Positions 21,520 through 34,624 of a stretch of DNA of 54,026 bases are shown one piece after another. Location: contig NW_027591101.1 in assembly GCF_964213995.1 (NCBI RefSeq), positions 62,001-116,026 on the forward strand, written 5' to 3'. The translations under genes and the position numbers were made by a program. The number at the start of each line of letters is the position of its first letter. The first letter of the stretch is position 1. The notes beneath the pieces were generated by a model. The model was not told the DNA's origin, did not search any database, and saw only the letters and a list, made by a program, of their open reading frames with translations. Origin of the DNA: Mustelus asterias. Taxonomy: Eukaryota.

Positions 21520-21915
21520 TTCGGTGATGAAGATAGTTTGGGGAAGTTGGGAATGTTTCCCTTTACGGAAAGGTGCAGAGGTAATCTGATAGAGGTATTC
21601 AAATTCATAAGGGTCGATAGAGCGGAACTGTTCTGTTTGCCGGAAATCTTTTGTATCAGAGAGCCAAGACACCTCATTGGCAAAAGAAGCGTGGAGACAT
21701 AACGAAAACCTTTTTTTACTCAGAGTGATTCAGATCTGTAATATTCTATTTGAGAATGTGGTGGAGGCAGGTTCAATTCATCCTCGATTACTACCTGAAA
21801 AGTAACAAGAATGCTTGACTGTGGGTATGGAGTGTGTTGGATTAATTGCTCCTTTCGCGGGCCAGCACATACACGACAGTTCAAACGGTCTTCTTCTACA
21901 TTATTCTATTCTTTG
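21520..21915 (+). mobile_element. CR1-type LINE 3' end, old
   Basis: LGKLGMFPFTERCRGNLIEVFKFIRVDRAELF. Confidence 0.75.
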
Positions 21916-21920
21916 TTGAC

Positions 21921-22195
21921 AGGGAGGCAATGGCATAGTGGTATTATCACTGGGCTGGTTATTCTAAGATAATTCCCTTATAATGTTGTCGTCCATCAGT
22001 TTGAATCCCACAGAAGATCGTGAGATTCAAACATGCAATTAAAATTTGGAATTTAAAGTGAGTTGCTGTAATGTTGGCCTATTGTCCTGAAGAAAACATC
22101 CTAGCTGATGCCCTGTATTGATGGAGAACTTCCATCTATTTCAAGTGTGTCTCCAGGCGCACAAAAATACCATCTGAAATGGCCTAGAAAGCTAA
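21921..22195 (+). mobile_element. tRNA-derived SINE of a second (non-HE1) family
   Basis: Head GGCAATGGCATAGTGGTATTATCACTGGGCTGG...TTTGAATCCCAC, body ...CTGAAATGGCCTAGAAAGC. Related copies at ~38005-38330, ~40866-41085 and ~47540-47815. Confidence 0.6.
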
Positions 22196-22299
22196 TGAAT
22201 TCATCGTAGATCCCATGAAGCAGCAAATCAAATTGACATTTTCGCAACACCTGCAACAGCAAACTGTGTCCATGAGATGGCAGTGAAACTGATTGCTGA

Positions 22300-23400
22300 C
22301 GTTAGATGAAACAGAGATTGTCTCAATTATTACTGCAATGGACTCGGTGTCTGCTCACCTTTAATTAGACACAGTCTCTATTTATATGACACGAAATCAT
22401 ATTTCTGATTATATGACAGCAGTTCTCAGTCGTTTCTGTACTCGGCAAAATCGTTATTATACTTCAGCAACCCTCAATTGATGTGCGGCAGCATAGAATT
22501 AAATCTTAACTAATATCATAAAACTCCATGTCTAACTTGTTACCTGACTAGACCCTGTTTCTTGTGACGCTGCACCAGAGCATGTTACTGTTTGCATTAC
22601 ACGAGGCTCTGTCTCAGTTGTTGCATTGCTGGAACCTGCCACATATACACTAAACTAGATCCCATCTCAATCATCGCTGCACCAGTCCATCTCCCTGTTT
22701 ATAACAAAACACATCCTGTCTGTGTTATTATTGTGTTATGTTATGTTTATTTTATTGCTGCACCTGTCCCTGTCACAGCTGATATTAATCTAAGGCCTTG
22801 GTCTACAATTACTGCGCCAGGCTTTGTCTCAGTTTCTATGATAGAATGTCTGGAATCGGATAAAATTACACCAGGCCCTGTGTCAGTTTAATTACGCTGG
22901 ATCTCCTCTCCATTATTATTACGTTAGACCAGACCCCTCTTCACTTTCTAAAAATAGTGTCTCAATTATTACTGTACTCATCATTGCCTCACTTGTCATT
23001 CCACTGGGCGACATCTCAATTCATATCACATTATATCATGTCTCTGTTTATGTTCCGGTCGTGCCTATTTTAGTCTACGTTACACTCGAATCTGACTCAG
23101 TTTATATTACTGTAGAAACTGCCTTTATATATATTAGAATAGATCTTGCCTTTTCACATCTGCTTGCAACATCTCTCTATTTCTGTTACAGAAGACCATG
23201 CTCGTTATTAATACCCTAGATCCACTCTCAGTAAGTACTAAACTGGACCCTGTCCCTGCACATATTAGCATCGTTGCTGCACAATAATTGGTGCACTCGG
23301 CCTTGTCTCTGTATGACTGCAGAAAAGCCAGTCCCAGTATATATTAAAATGGATCATGTCTATCAAATATCGCATCAGTTCTTGTCTTAAATATTTGACT
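22300..23400 (+). repeat. Degenerate ~27-bp minisatellite array
   Basis: Recurring unit approximately ATTACACTAGACCCTGTCTCAGTTTAT. Opposite-orientation arrays lie at ~23950-24340, ~29210-29990, ~43980-44115 and ~44985-45830; a same-orientation array at ~43285-43720. Confidence 0.65.
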
Positions 23401-26400
23401 GTTTATTTATTTTAAATGTTCTAATTTCTTAGAACCCTCTATGGAGAAAATTCACTTTTCTTTTTACATTTTCCTTTCAGTTGTCCCAATGATAAACTTC
23501 ATTCATCTCTGGCTTCCGTGAATGTATGAAACTCCTAAACAGCTCATGTATTTGAATTGAAGATTATGTGATGCTTTAATTATTAGCTGGTAATAGTTCT
23601 GTTATGTATTCTTGTTTATTAAGTGCCGGATAAAGTCAGAGGTCAGTTGGAAAATGGATTAAAACACATCACGAATGATAAGCATATTACTGGAAAATGA
23701 TAATCTCTGCATCTCACACAAGTCCCTGCTATAAACCTCGAAGGTGTGCTGATTTGTGCAAATTATGGCAAACGTTAGCCTGTCCCTATACCTGACAGGA
23801 GATGAACACACCTGTAATTCTCAGACTTCATAATCCAAGTAATGTAACGGATTGAAACTGCTGTTCTTCAGAGAATGTTCAATATTTCTCTTTCTGTAGT
23901 TTTTAGCCGCTATCTTCACCAATTCCATGGTAATCGCCCTATTTTTGTTTGACTGGACTTTCTGCAAGTTGTATGATCTAGAAAATCTAATGTAATATGA
24001 GTCAGAGCCAGGTGTATCATAAGGAGAGACCAGACATTATGTATTAAATAGGGATATTGGTTGATGAACATGGACTGTTCAAGAAGGCAGCTTATCAACA
24101 CTTTCTCAAGGGCAATTAGGGACCTAAGCACACCATCCCACCAATGGTTAAAAATACAGCAGTCATGACAGGGACAGAATCTGGTCAAATATAGGCGGAT
24201 GCGCTGATGATACAAAGAAAACATTAATCGGCTGTGAGAATAATATGAATCAAAATATGGACCAGATAGGAATGAGAGGGACAGGACCTGAAATAACATT
24301 AGAATAAACAGTTAGTTGTTTGATCACTTTGTACAATATTAACTGGGAGGTGTCAAATGTAACAATATTAGAGAACGTTTTTTTAAAATTCCGAACTGAA
24401 TGAGTAATGGTTTCCAAGAATTACCATGGAGAATTAAAGCATTGAAATGTGGATGACGGGCGCTATTATAGCAACGATTACAATCAATCTTAATGTATAA
24501 CACGCAATAAAATTGAGTTTAAGAAATGCAGTGCTTGGTGTAATTTTAACAGAAACAATGTGCAGTATTTTACTGAACACATAACTGGGTCGATTCTGAT
24601 GATGACACAGTCAGTTTCTGCTGCACACTGTCAAAGGTCTGTTTGAAATAATCGTGAGTGAGAGACAGCGCCTATTGATATGCTAACAAATGCTTTGTTT
24701 AATTCTTAATAACAGAGCCAAGTGCCATTGCAATATGGTCAGGAAAGAGTTAGTGCAATCATACTGACAGGGTCTAGTGTCAGGACAGCTACAACACAAA
24801 CTTCTGGAAATACTCTGCGTCTCAGACAGGATCTGAGGAGAGAAACAGTGAACGTTTTAAACTAAATGTTGACGATGAATCAGTCTCCAAAACCCATAAT
24901 GTAAGGGTGCAAAGGATAAGAATATGTGAAAAACAAACGTATTTTCCTTCTGCTGTGTGACGTGTTGAGTCTTTCTCAGCACATTACATTTAGGTTTCAG
25001 ATTTTCAGCGTCTGTGGCAGGTTACATTTGTAATTGTGCAATAGGAACTGGGAACAGACCAGATCGACACTGGCTAACTGCAGTCACACAGACTCCTCGG
25101 AATGATTTGGGTTCAAGTCTGAGTTCAGAGTATTGACCACATAATAAAGGCCAATGTTCACGATGATATTTCATATTCAATTTCTTTCTGTTTCTTTTAT
25201 CTGTTATTTTCTTCGACTCAGAATGGGTGAGAGAGCTGAAGAAGAGAGAAACTCTCGACATTTCTCCTTCCAACGATGGACGCCTTCCTGTGATCTTATC
25301 ACTCTTTTGACGTTTGGTACAGAAATGATGCTTGGACAATGATATAAACGAACCATCCAGATAGTCCTATTCTCGACAAGACATCAAATTTAAACATCAT
25401 CAAGTGTTTATCTAATTCAATTTAGAAAGTTACTGTCAAATCTGATTCCCTCACCCTTTCAGGCTGCTCATTCCAGTTCATGTCAACTCGTTGTGTAAAA
25501 GTAAACAATTATTCTTCTAACGTCATCTGTCTAATAACCTGTGCACACTGGTTAGCGACACTCCTGCCACTCACACCTTAATGATTTTGAAAACTTTAAT
25601 TATATAGACTGACAGGGAGATGAAGAGAGATACCAGGAGAGATAGGAAAATTAAAATGAGAAATAGAGACAGGGTGCTGGCAGTTAAAAGCTGAGAACCA
25701 TAAAAGAGAATGTAACAGAGAGAGAGAAATGATAGAAAAATGTGTAAATTAGCAAGATCTCATTTCTCGCCTCAGAGAACGAAGGGAGCTCAGTGACTGA
25801 TCCACTGACCATGCAGTTATGTCCTGGAATGGAAGCTCTAAACAGATCACAACAGGCTAATCTGTAAATGTCACCCCAATGTGACCTATGTGACACTGCC
25901 GTGACTGAAGACAGATATAGGCCGCCTTGACAGATGTTCTCACCAGATTGTGGTCCATGGATTTATTTTTTTCTCAGAAGTGAGATATACGGTTTGCAAC
26001 AGAGGAACAGGAAGATGTGTCACCTGGGAACGAAAGAGCCGGGGTCAGTTTGATGTTATCGCCGTGAACAGACTTCCTGCCTGTGAGGGTGAACTCACTC
26101 TGACAGCATCGAGAACAACCGCACAGAATGCTGCCGGTCTCAGCATTACATTCACCTCCATTCCCATTTCAATGTGTAAAAGAAATGAAAATAGTTTGGT
26201 TTTTAGCACAGTAATTGAAGGAGAGATGGACTGACGATTATGAGTGGGAGAAAAATCGGAAAATTAAAGGAATGGTTTTTCCCACAGAGTGCTCTTCTGA
26301 AATACAAAAATTTGAGTGTGAGATGTTTATTGTGAGAAATGTTTCTTCATATGAGGGGGTAGCGAACCTGTGGAATGCTCCAGAGCAGAATGGTGTGGAT

Positions 26401-26403
26401 GCA

Positions 26404-26855
26404 ATAGAACAAAGCACAATACAGGACAGGAACAGGCCCTTCACCCCACTAAGTTTGTGCCGACACAAATGCCTCCCTAATCAAATATTTTGTTGCCTCT
26501 AGATGGTCCATATCCCTCTATTCCCCGCTTATTCATGTATCTCTGTGGGTACCTCTTCAACTTTTGTTCTAGATTCTGATTCCACCGCCTCCTCCTACAG
26601 ACAGTTCCAAGCATTCACCATCCTCCACGTGAAAAATTTGCCCCTTTCATTTTTTTTAAACTTACCCCCTCTCACTCTCATCTTATGACTCTGACGATCC
26701 ATTCTATCCAAGCCTTTCATAATCTTGTAAACATCTATCAGTTACGCACCCACCCCCACCCCACTCCCTCCTCCTCCCATCCTTCGGCGCTCCAATGAAA
26801 ACAATCCAACTTTGTTCAACTTTTCTTCATAGATCATATCCTCCAAACCAAGCAT
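26404..26855 (-). mobile_element. CR1-type LINE 3' end
   Basis: Tail ATAGAACAAAGCACAATACAGGACAGGAACAGGCCCTTC... followed by the reverse complement of the ORF2 end. Confidence 0.8.
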
Positions 26856-28719
26856 TGTCGTTGTCTCTTAACTACCGAAGAAACCATTCTATTCTTTCAA
26901 ATTTGCTGCAGAAATTCAAACAAGAATAAAACCGATGACAGGGCAGGTTTTCAGTAGCTGGTTCACAGCCACCTTCTCAGGGTGGGCAATTAATGGTGAA
27001 TTTTTCAGTGATGCTGACATCCCGAGAATAAATAAAACAGAGCAAAATACTGCAGATTCTTGAAATCTGAAACAAAAACAACAAAATGGATACTGAGCAG
27101 GTCAGTGGGGATCAGCTGAGAGAGAAACAGATTCGCATTTCAGGTCGATGATAGAATGCAAAATCTCACTGATGTAATTCTAAAGAGCAGAACTCGACGC
27201 ACCGAGGGGAATCCTGAAGAAAATGACTGGGTTGTTGGGTCTTGCAGTGGCCCAGATTCCTAAAGAGACGTGTAGAATTTTGAACTCCAGAATTCTTGCT
27301 CTCCTGCAATCCATCCCTCAGGATAAAGCCTGTAGAAAGGACACTGTCAGACCATCAATGAACGGTTTTACTTGGTGAAATCGGAGCATGATGCTCAAAA
27401 ACCAGAAGACAAAATCAACTGAGGGCAGATGGAGGAAGGGATTTCATAGGTTGAGAATTAACTTTATTTGTCATATAAAATAGCCATGTGGAAACCTTGT
27501 CAACAATTAATAGAAGAAATCCCTTACAATCAATTTGTATTGCCACTTTAAACTTTATGCAAATTGCATTGCTTTATTTGGTAAATCAAACAGTCTGTTC
27601 TATCAATTATAATCTGTATGGATGTTATTAAAATGAATCTCAGAATGAAAATATCCTCTGCCAATATATATTCTTCAATAAAAATCACAATTTATTTGGT
27701 CAGAGATGTGTGGGAGCTTGCTGTGCACAGATTACCTGCTGTATTTCCAACATCACGACTGTGACTAAATTCAGCAAAGGTACATCAGCGAGTTTTAAAT
27801 GCTTTCGGGCGAAATGAGGTCGGGTAAAGCATTTTAAAAATGGAAGTTCTTTTCACATGTCATCATTTTAAGTGTTAATTTTTGATATGTTGAAACCTCT
27901 GAAATTAATGTGAATCAAGGTCACTCCTCTGGCTGATGCTTTAACTTGTGTAGTTCAAGTAGATTAAATCGCCAATCAAATTGACTTTCAATGGACCCAC
28001 AAGCCTGTTCACAGATGCTTCATTTATTATCAGGACTTTTCGAACTGATTCTTAAGTTGAATGTATCTTTTATTTTTAATTAAATAGCATCTGGTCTAAT
28101 TGGTGTTCAAGAAGCTTCGAATCATTTTGAACCACCTGTGAATATTCTTAAAATAAATCGCTATTGTGAGTTGAAGCTAATCAATAGGTGGCGGTTTATC
28201 TGGTTTTGCTACCATGAACATTTCACTGTAACCAGTGAGATGTTGATGTAAATAAATACAGAAATAGAAATCCCAGATTAGATTGTTGACTGAAAAAAGA
28301 ACAAATATTTCGCCATTTGCACAGCACAGAAATAGAGATAAACATGCAAATCAATCAACGTATTCCTGTAGTTTTTATTTTTTGAGACATTTCTTCTTCG
28401 TCACTTATATGTAAAAAATAAGCTATGATCATATCTACGATCAGAATTAGGAAAAAGTCCCGCTAATTTCGAACTATAATCACACGACAAATATGTATGT
28501 CGAGATTTCCTGTGTTTTATCTGTTTCTCTGTGTCTTCCTCCTGTCTGGTTCTGTGCATTGTCTCTTCACACTGCGCCATTGTCTTCAGTCCAGAATGTG
28601 AAGTTAACTTTTAGCCGATGTATCACCTTAACCTTATTCATGCGCTTCTAAGTGAATGGATTCTGTTCAATCAATTGAATCCGTTGAGGAAGCTGTGCTT
28701 TAAAATGTGCGTTGATCAT

Positions 28720-28990
28720 TTCCTGTATCTGACCCGGGCTGTGCCAGCCATTTCTATGTTTGAATGGACAGAACATAGGAAGTATAGCTGACTCTAAGCT
28801 GCACTGTACCTGTCCTGCGAGGGTTTGCTATTTACTGTGTAGAGGGAGATTGTCTCTGGATCTAAACTGTGCTGTAAATGATCTGGGTTTGTTTGACTGG
28901 ACAGCGCAGAGGGAGATTTACGCTGTACCTCGCACCAATGTCAACCTGCGTTGGGAATCTCTGAAGGAAGAGTACAGAGGAAGTTATCCC
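28720..28990 (+). repeat. Degenerate ~65-bp satellite (second array at ~42670-43290)
   Basis: Unit approximately GTGTAGAGGGAGxTTTACTCTGTATCTAACCCGTGCTGTACCTGCCCTGGGAGTGTTTGATGGGACA, recurring in tandem. Confidence 0.7.
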
Positions 28991-29554
28991 GAGAGTCTTA
29001 AATTCATAGAGATATACAGCACGGAAGCCGACCCTTCAGCGCAATTCCTCCATGCCGATTAGGTTTCCTCAACTGAACACATCCCATTCGCGTGCATTTG
29101 GTCCATATCCCTCTAAACCTTTCTTATCCATGTACCTGCCCAAATGTATTTTATATTTTGTAACTGGACCCGACTTTACCATTTCCTCTGGCAGCTCATT
29201 CCATATACGCTCTGGTACACACTGAGACATGGACAATGCAACAGTTAGGTGGATCACATAATACAAAAATAACAGAGACAGTGCACAGACTGAATAGCCA
29301 AATACATAGACTGGCGCAGAATTGACAAAAGCAGGATCAAGTTTTTTAGAATCTCATGACCTATTAGAGCACTGACTGTAACCAAACCACATGTCATACA
29401 AGAAGGATGTTGTTACAGTTTCCTGCACTTCATAAATGTTCCAATGCATCAAGAATTCAGACACGGCCTCTTGCCATATGACCTGATACATGGTTTGGTG
29501 CAGTCATAACTATGAACTTAAATAGGGGCTTGGCCTCATAAAATAATCGATATA

Positions 29555-29842
29555 ATCATAGAATCCCCACAGCGCAGAAGGAGGCCATTTAGCCAATCGA
29601 GCTTGCACCGACAACAGACCCAATCCCCGTAACATTCACCCTTTTAACAGCCCTGACACTAAGGGACAATTTAGCATGGCCAATCCACATGAAGCCACAT
29701 TTTTGAACTGTGGGAGGAAACCCACGCAGACACGGTGAGAATGTGCAAACTCCACAGAGGCAGTGACCCGAGGCTAGAATTGAACCCGGGTCATTGGCGC
29801 TGTGAGGCAGCAGTACTGACCACTGAGGCACCGCACCGCCCC
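29555..29842 (-). mobile_element. HE1-type SINE
   Basis: ATCATAGAATCCC tail, V-domain, and head GGCGGTGCGGTGCCTCAGTGGTCAGTACTG. Confidence 0.88.
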
Positions 29843-29999
29843 GGACATGAACAACTGATGTTGAGCCGAGTATAGAAACAATGGAACAGGGCCTGCTGTA
29901 ATGTGACCAGAGACATGGCCTGGTGTAATATAAACAGAGTGTGTGTGGGAGGAGGGGGGTCGGTGTGTATAAGCAGAGATCTGATATATTTACGATTAT

Positions 30000-31160
30000 T
30001 GAATGGGATTTTGGTGTCAGTGGTAAAATCCACATTTCTTGCCAATTCCTAATTTCACTTGGGAATGGTGGCGAGCCTTCTTCATTTTGTTCCATCCTGA
30101 GTAAATATACCCACATTGATGATCGGAAGGTAGTTCCAAAATGTTAATCCTATGAAAGTGAAATAAAAATGGTGTAGTTCCCAGTCAAGATGGTGTGTGG
30201 GTTTTAGTGGTAACTTGCAGGTAATTGTATTCACAGGCGTCTGCTGCCCTTCTCCTTTCAAGTGTTAGAGTTGCTGGGTTTGGAAAGTGCTATCGAAGGA
30301 ATGAGTTGCTGCCATACCAATTGTCTATGATGAACACTGCTAGCATTGTGCATCTATTATGCGGGAGTGAACGTTTGAAGTGCTGGATGGGTTAACTCAT
30401 CGAGCCAGCTGCTTTTTGCTGGGTGGTATTGAGCTTTTTGAGTGTTGCTTCAGGGGCAAGAATCAAGAAAGTAGAGAATATTCAATCACACTCCTGACCT
30501 TTGCCTTGTAGATGATGCAGTGTTTGGGAATTCAGAAGGTGAGTGACTCGCCACACAATTCCCAGCCTCGAACCTGCTCTTTAGCAATATTATTTACATT
30601 GCTGCCCAGTTGTTTTCCATCGGGAGTAATTCCAAGAATGATGATAGTGGGGGTTTGAGCGCTCGTAATGCCATCTAATGTCAAAGGGAGAACGTTGGCA
30701 TCTCTCTTACCTGAGAGTATAATTGCCAGCCAGTTGTGTAGCGTGAATGTTGCTTTCCACTTCCCAGCCAAAGCCTGAAGGTTTCCTAAGTCTTTCCGCT
30801 TATGGAGACCGACTGCTTCAGCATCTGAGGAGTCGCAAATGTGCAATGTTTGTGGAATGATTAGTGAGCATTGCACGTCTGACCTTGCGATTAAGGCTGA
30901 ACATTAGGCCGAGGATACTATACTGAGGAGTTCCTTCAGCAATGCCCTGCGACTGAGATGGTTGGTTTTCAAAAACAACAACCATCTTCCTCAGTGTTTG
31001 GTATGACTCCAACCAGTGGAATGTTTTCCTCCGGATCCCCATAAACTGCTGTTTTGCTCGAACGTTTTGATGTCATAATCGGTCAAGTGCTTTGATGATG
31101 TCAAGGGCAGGCATCCTCGCCTCACCTCATTAAATCAACGACTTTCACGATATTTGGACT
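30000..31160 (-). mobile_element. Second-family LINE RT/3' region, decayed (continues at ~32830-33170 and ~33690-33895)
   Basis: MGIRRKTFHWLESYQTLRKMVVV...GTPQYSILG (RT); ALDAAKIRGTDNISA...ALELAAP further right. Paralogous to 45880-47520. Confidence 0.75.
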
Positions 31161-31169
31161 AACTTTCTA

Positions 31170-32815
31170 GATTTAGAGATTTTAGAGGTTTATGGCATGG
31201 AAGCAGGCCCTTCGGCCCAACTTGTCCATGCCGCCTTTTTTTTAAACCCCTAGGCTAGTCCCAATTGCACGCATTTGGCCCATAGCCCTCTATACCCATC
31301 TTACCCACGTAACTGTCTAAATGCTTTTTAAAAGACAAAATTGCACCCGCCTCTACTATTACCTCTATCAGCTTGTTCCAGACACTCACCACCCTCTGTG
31401 TGAAAAACAAATGCCCCTCTGGACACCTTTGTATCTCTCCCCTCTCACTTTAACCCATGCCCTCTAGTTTTAGACACCCCCACATCTGGCAAAAAATAGT
31501 GACTATCTAGCTGATCTATGCCACTCATTATTTTATGGACGTCAATAAGATGACCCCTAAGCCTCGCACGCTCCAGAGAAAAAAGTCACAGTCTATCCAG
31601 CCTCTCTTTATAACACAAAGCATCAAGTCCTGGTAGCATCCCAGCAAATCTTTTCTGCACTGTTTCTAGTTTAATAATAGTCTTTCCAAAATAGGGTGAC
31701 CAGAACTGCACACAGTGTTCCTAGTGTGGCCTTACTAATATCTTGTACAACTTCAACAAGCCGTCCCAACTACTGTATTCAATGTTCTGACCAATGAAAC
31801 CGAGCATGCTGAATACCTTCACCACTCTGTCCACCTGTGACTCCACTTTCAAGGAGCTTTGATCTCTTTGTGCTGCAACTCTCCCCAACGCCCTACCATT
31901 AACTGAGTGAATCCTGCCCTGGTTCAATCTACGAAAATGCATCACCTCACATTTAGCTAAATTAAATTCCATCTGCCATTCGTCAAACCATTCGCCAAAT
32001 TAATCAAGATCCTGTTGCAATTCTTCACTGTCCACTATGACACCAATCTTGGTGTCACTTGCAAACTTACTAACCATGCCTCCTGTAATGTCATGCTAAT
32101 CATTAACACAAATGACAAATAACAGTGGACCCGGCGTTGATCCTTGAGGTACACCGCTGGTCATAGCCCTCCAGTTTGAAAAGCAAGCCTCTACAACCAC
32201 TCTCCGGCTCCTGTCATCAAGCCAATTTTTTAATCCATTTAGCTACCTCACCCTGGATCCCGTGAGATTTATGCAACAACCTACCATGCGGCACTTTGTC
32301 AAAGGCCTTGCTAAAGTCCATGTAGACAACATCAACTCCATTGCCCTCGTTTACCTCCTTGGTACCCCTTCAGAAAAATTCAATCAAATTTGTGAGACAT
32401 GATTTTCCACTCACAAAGGCATGCTGACTGCCCCTAATCAGTCGTTGCATCTCTAAGTGCGTGTAGATCCTGTCTCTCAAAATATCTTCCAACAACTTAC
32501 ACACCACAGATGTGAGGCTCACTGCCCTATAGTTCCCAGCCTTTTTCCTGCAGCCCTTTGTAAACAAAGGTACAACATTTGCCACTCTCCAATCTTCAGG
32601 CACCTCGCCTGTGACTATCTATAATTCAAATATCTCTGCTAGGGGACCCGGAATTTCCTCCCTAGTCTCCCATTATGCCCTGGGATACACTTCATCAGGT
32701 CCCGGGGATTTATCTATCTTGATGCGCTTTAAGACTTCCAGCACCTCCTTCTCTGTAATATGTATACACCTCAAAACATCACTATTTATTTCCCCAACTT
32801 CCCTTACATCCATGC
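31170..32815 (-). mobile_element. CR1/HER1-type LINE (RT plus 3' tail) inserted into the older LINE
   Basis: PEDWRVANVVPLFTKG...GNYRAVSLTSVVCKLLE...GKSCLTNLIEFF and MEFNLAKCEVMHF; tail (TTTAGAG)n. Confidence 0.94.
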
Positions 32816-33302
32816 TTCGTTTCAACTTAAATTATTTCTGGAACCAATATGCTCCTGGTGGGACCAAAACGGAGGATCATTGAGCAGATTGTTGCTGAGT
32901 GAAAACTAATTGATTGGATGATTCTTGACACTTTCCATCATGTTGATCGAGTGGGGGCTCATGCAGCGGTATTTGGCTGGGTTGGATTTGTTCTGCCTTT
33001 TGCGACAGGGCATGTCTGTCAATTTTTCACACTGTTGGCTATATAACAGTGTTGCAGCTGTAGTTGAACAGTTTGGCTGGGGGGCAGCTAGTTCCAGTGC
33101 ACAAATCGTCATTATTGCAGAAATATTGTCAGTGCCTCTAATCTTTGCAGCATCCAGTGCATTCAGCATGGAGTTAGATCGCAGAACAGCTAGGATCTTA
33201 TTGAATGGCGGAGAAGGCTCGAGGTGTTGATTGACCTACTCCTGTTTTTATGTTGCTATGTTATCATGTAATGTGAATTGAACTGCTTGGAGACTGGTAT
33301 AT

Positions 33303-33656
33303 GGGCGGCACTGTAGCACAGTGGTTAGCACTGCTGCTTCACAGCTCCAGGAACCTGGGTTCGATTCCCGGCTTGGGTCACTGTCTGTGTGGAGTTTGCA
33401 CATTCTCCTCGTGTCTGCGTGGGTTTCCTCTGGGTGCTCCGGTTTCCTCCCACAGTCCAAAGATGTGCGGGTTAGGTTGGTTGGCCGCACTTAAAATTTG
33501 CCCCTTAGAGTCCTGAGATGCGTAGGTTAGAGGGATTAGCGGGTAAATATGTAGGGATATGGGGGTCGGGCCTGGGTGGGATTGTGGTCGGTGCAGACTC
33601 GATGGGCCGAATGGCCTCCTTCTGCATTGTAGGGTTTCTATGTAGGGTTTCTATGA
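33303..33656 (+). mobile_element. HE1-type V-SINE, full length
   Basis: Near-identical to 48294-48640 and to the reverse complement of 11390-11731. Confidence 0.96.
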
Positions 33657-34204
33657 TATGTGATGCTAGGGACATAGCATCACATCTATGATATGTGATC
33701 CAAGATGGATCATCCTCTCAGCACTTCAGGCTGAAGATGGGAGCAAATGTTTCATCCTTGCTTTTTTGCATTAACTTCATGGGTTCCGCGTCATTAAAAA
33801 TTGGGTTTTTATTTCAGGCTTCTGCTCTGGTTATTTGTTTAAATGTCCACCACCATTTAGGGCGGCATGTGGCGAAACTGAAAATTTCGATCCTGCTGTA
33901 AAAAAATCGGATCAGAGTGATTATTTGATGCAAACATTGACGTGTACTTTTGCAATATTAATTTAAATAGGGTGTCGTGTAATATAATCAGAGGCAGAGC
34001 CTATTTTAACATAAATACATATGGAGCACAATTCAAAATGAACAGACCCGGGGCCCAGTATTATATTTATTGAGGCTGTGCCTGCTTCATGTAATTCAAA
34101 CCATCAAGCTTTCAATTCCATCTGCGTGCCAAACCCTGTAATTGCAGCTACTGTGAATATATGGCTGTCAGGTTTGATCTTTGATATTAATGTATTTAGA
34201 ATGC

Positions 34205-34620
34205 ATCTTCACGACACACGACAGTGCAGAGTCGCTGAGCAGAAACTGATAGCCAAGTTCCGCACACATGAGGATGGCCTAAACCGGGATGTTGGATTTA
34301 TGTCACATTATCAGTAGCCCCCACAGCTTTCCCCCTGATCTTGCAGAATCTTACTAGCTGTTCTGTCTGGAGACAATACACATCTCTTTAACCTGTGTTT
34401 AATGTTCCCTCCACCCACATTATCTGTACCTTTAAGACCTGGCTGGCTGTAGGGATTTGCATTCTAATTAGTATTCTGTAACTTGATTTCTGTGTCTCTG
34501 TGCACTGTTGGAGAACAGATATCCACTCCATCTGATGAAGGGGCAGCGCTCCGAAAGCTTATCGTATTTGCCACCAAATAAACCTGTTGGAATTTAACCT
34601 GGTGTTGTGAGACTTCTTAC
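34205..34620 (+). mobile_element. Penelope-like element 3' end (GIY-YIG endonuclease C-terminus plus terminal repeat)
   Basis: LHDTRQCRVAEQKLIAKFRTHEDGLNRD fits the PLE GIY-YIG R..E..I......GLN motif. The tail contains CTGATGAAGGGGCAGCGCTCCGAAAGCTT. Confidence 0.82.
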
Positions 34621-34624
34621 GATA

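Noticed and set aside
22300-23400. Periodic repeats as a CRISPR-like array
   Set aside because: Eukaryotic context, degenerate contiguous units without unique spacers, and no cas genes.
28202-28266. D-segment-like pattern (GGTTTTGCT-13-CACTGTA / ACCAGTG...ACAGAAATA)
   Set aside because: Spacers are off, there is no coding core between the heptamers, and the paralogous copy at ~42205-42270 lacks the heptamers.
33303-33375. HE1 heads as tRNA genes
   Set aside because: They are tRNA-derived SINE heads continuing into the V-domain and LINE-like tail.
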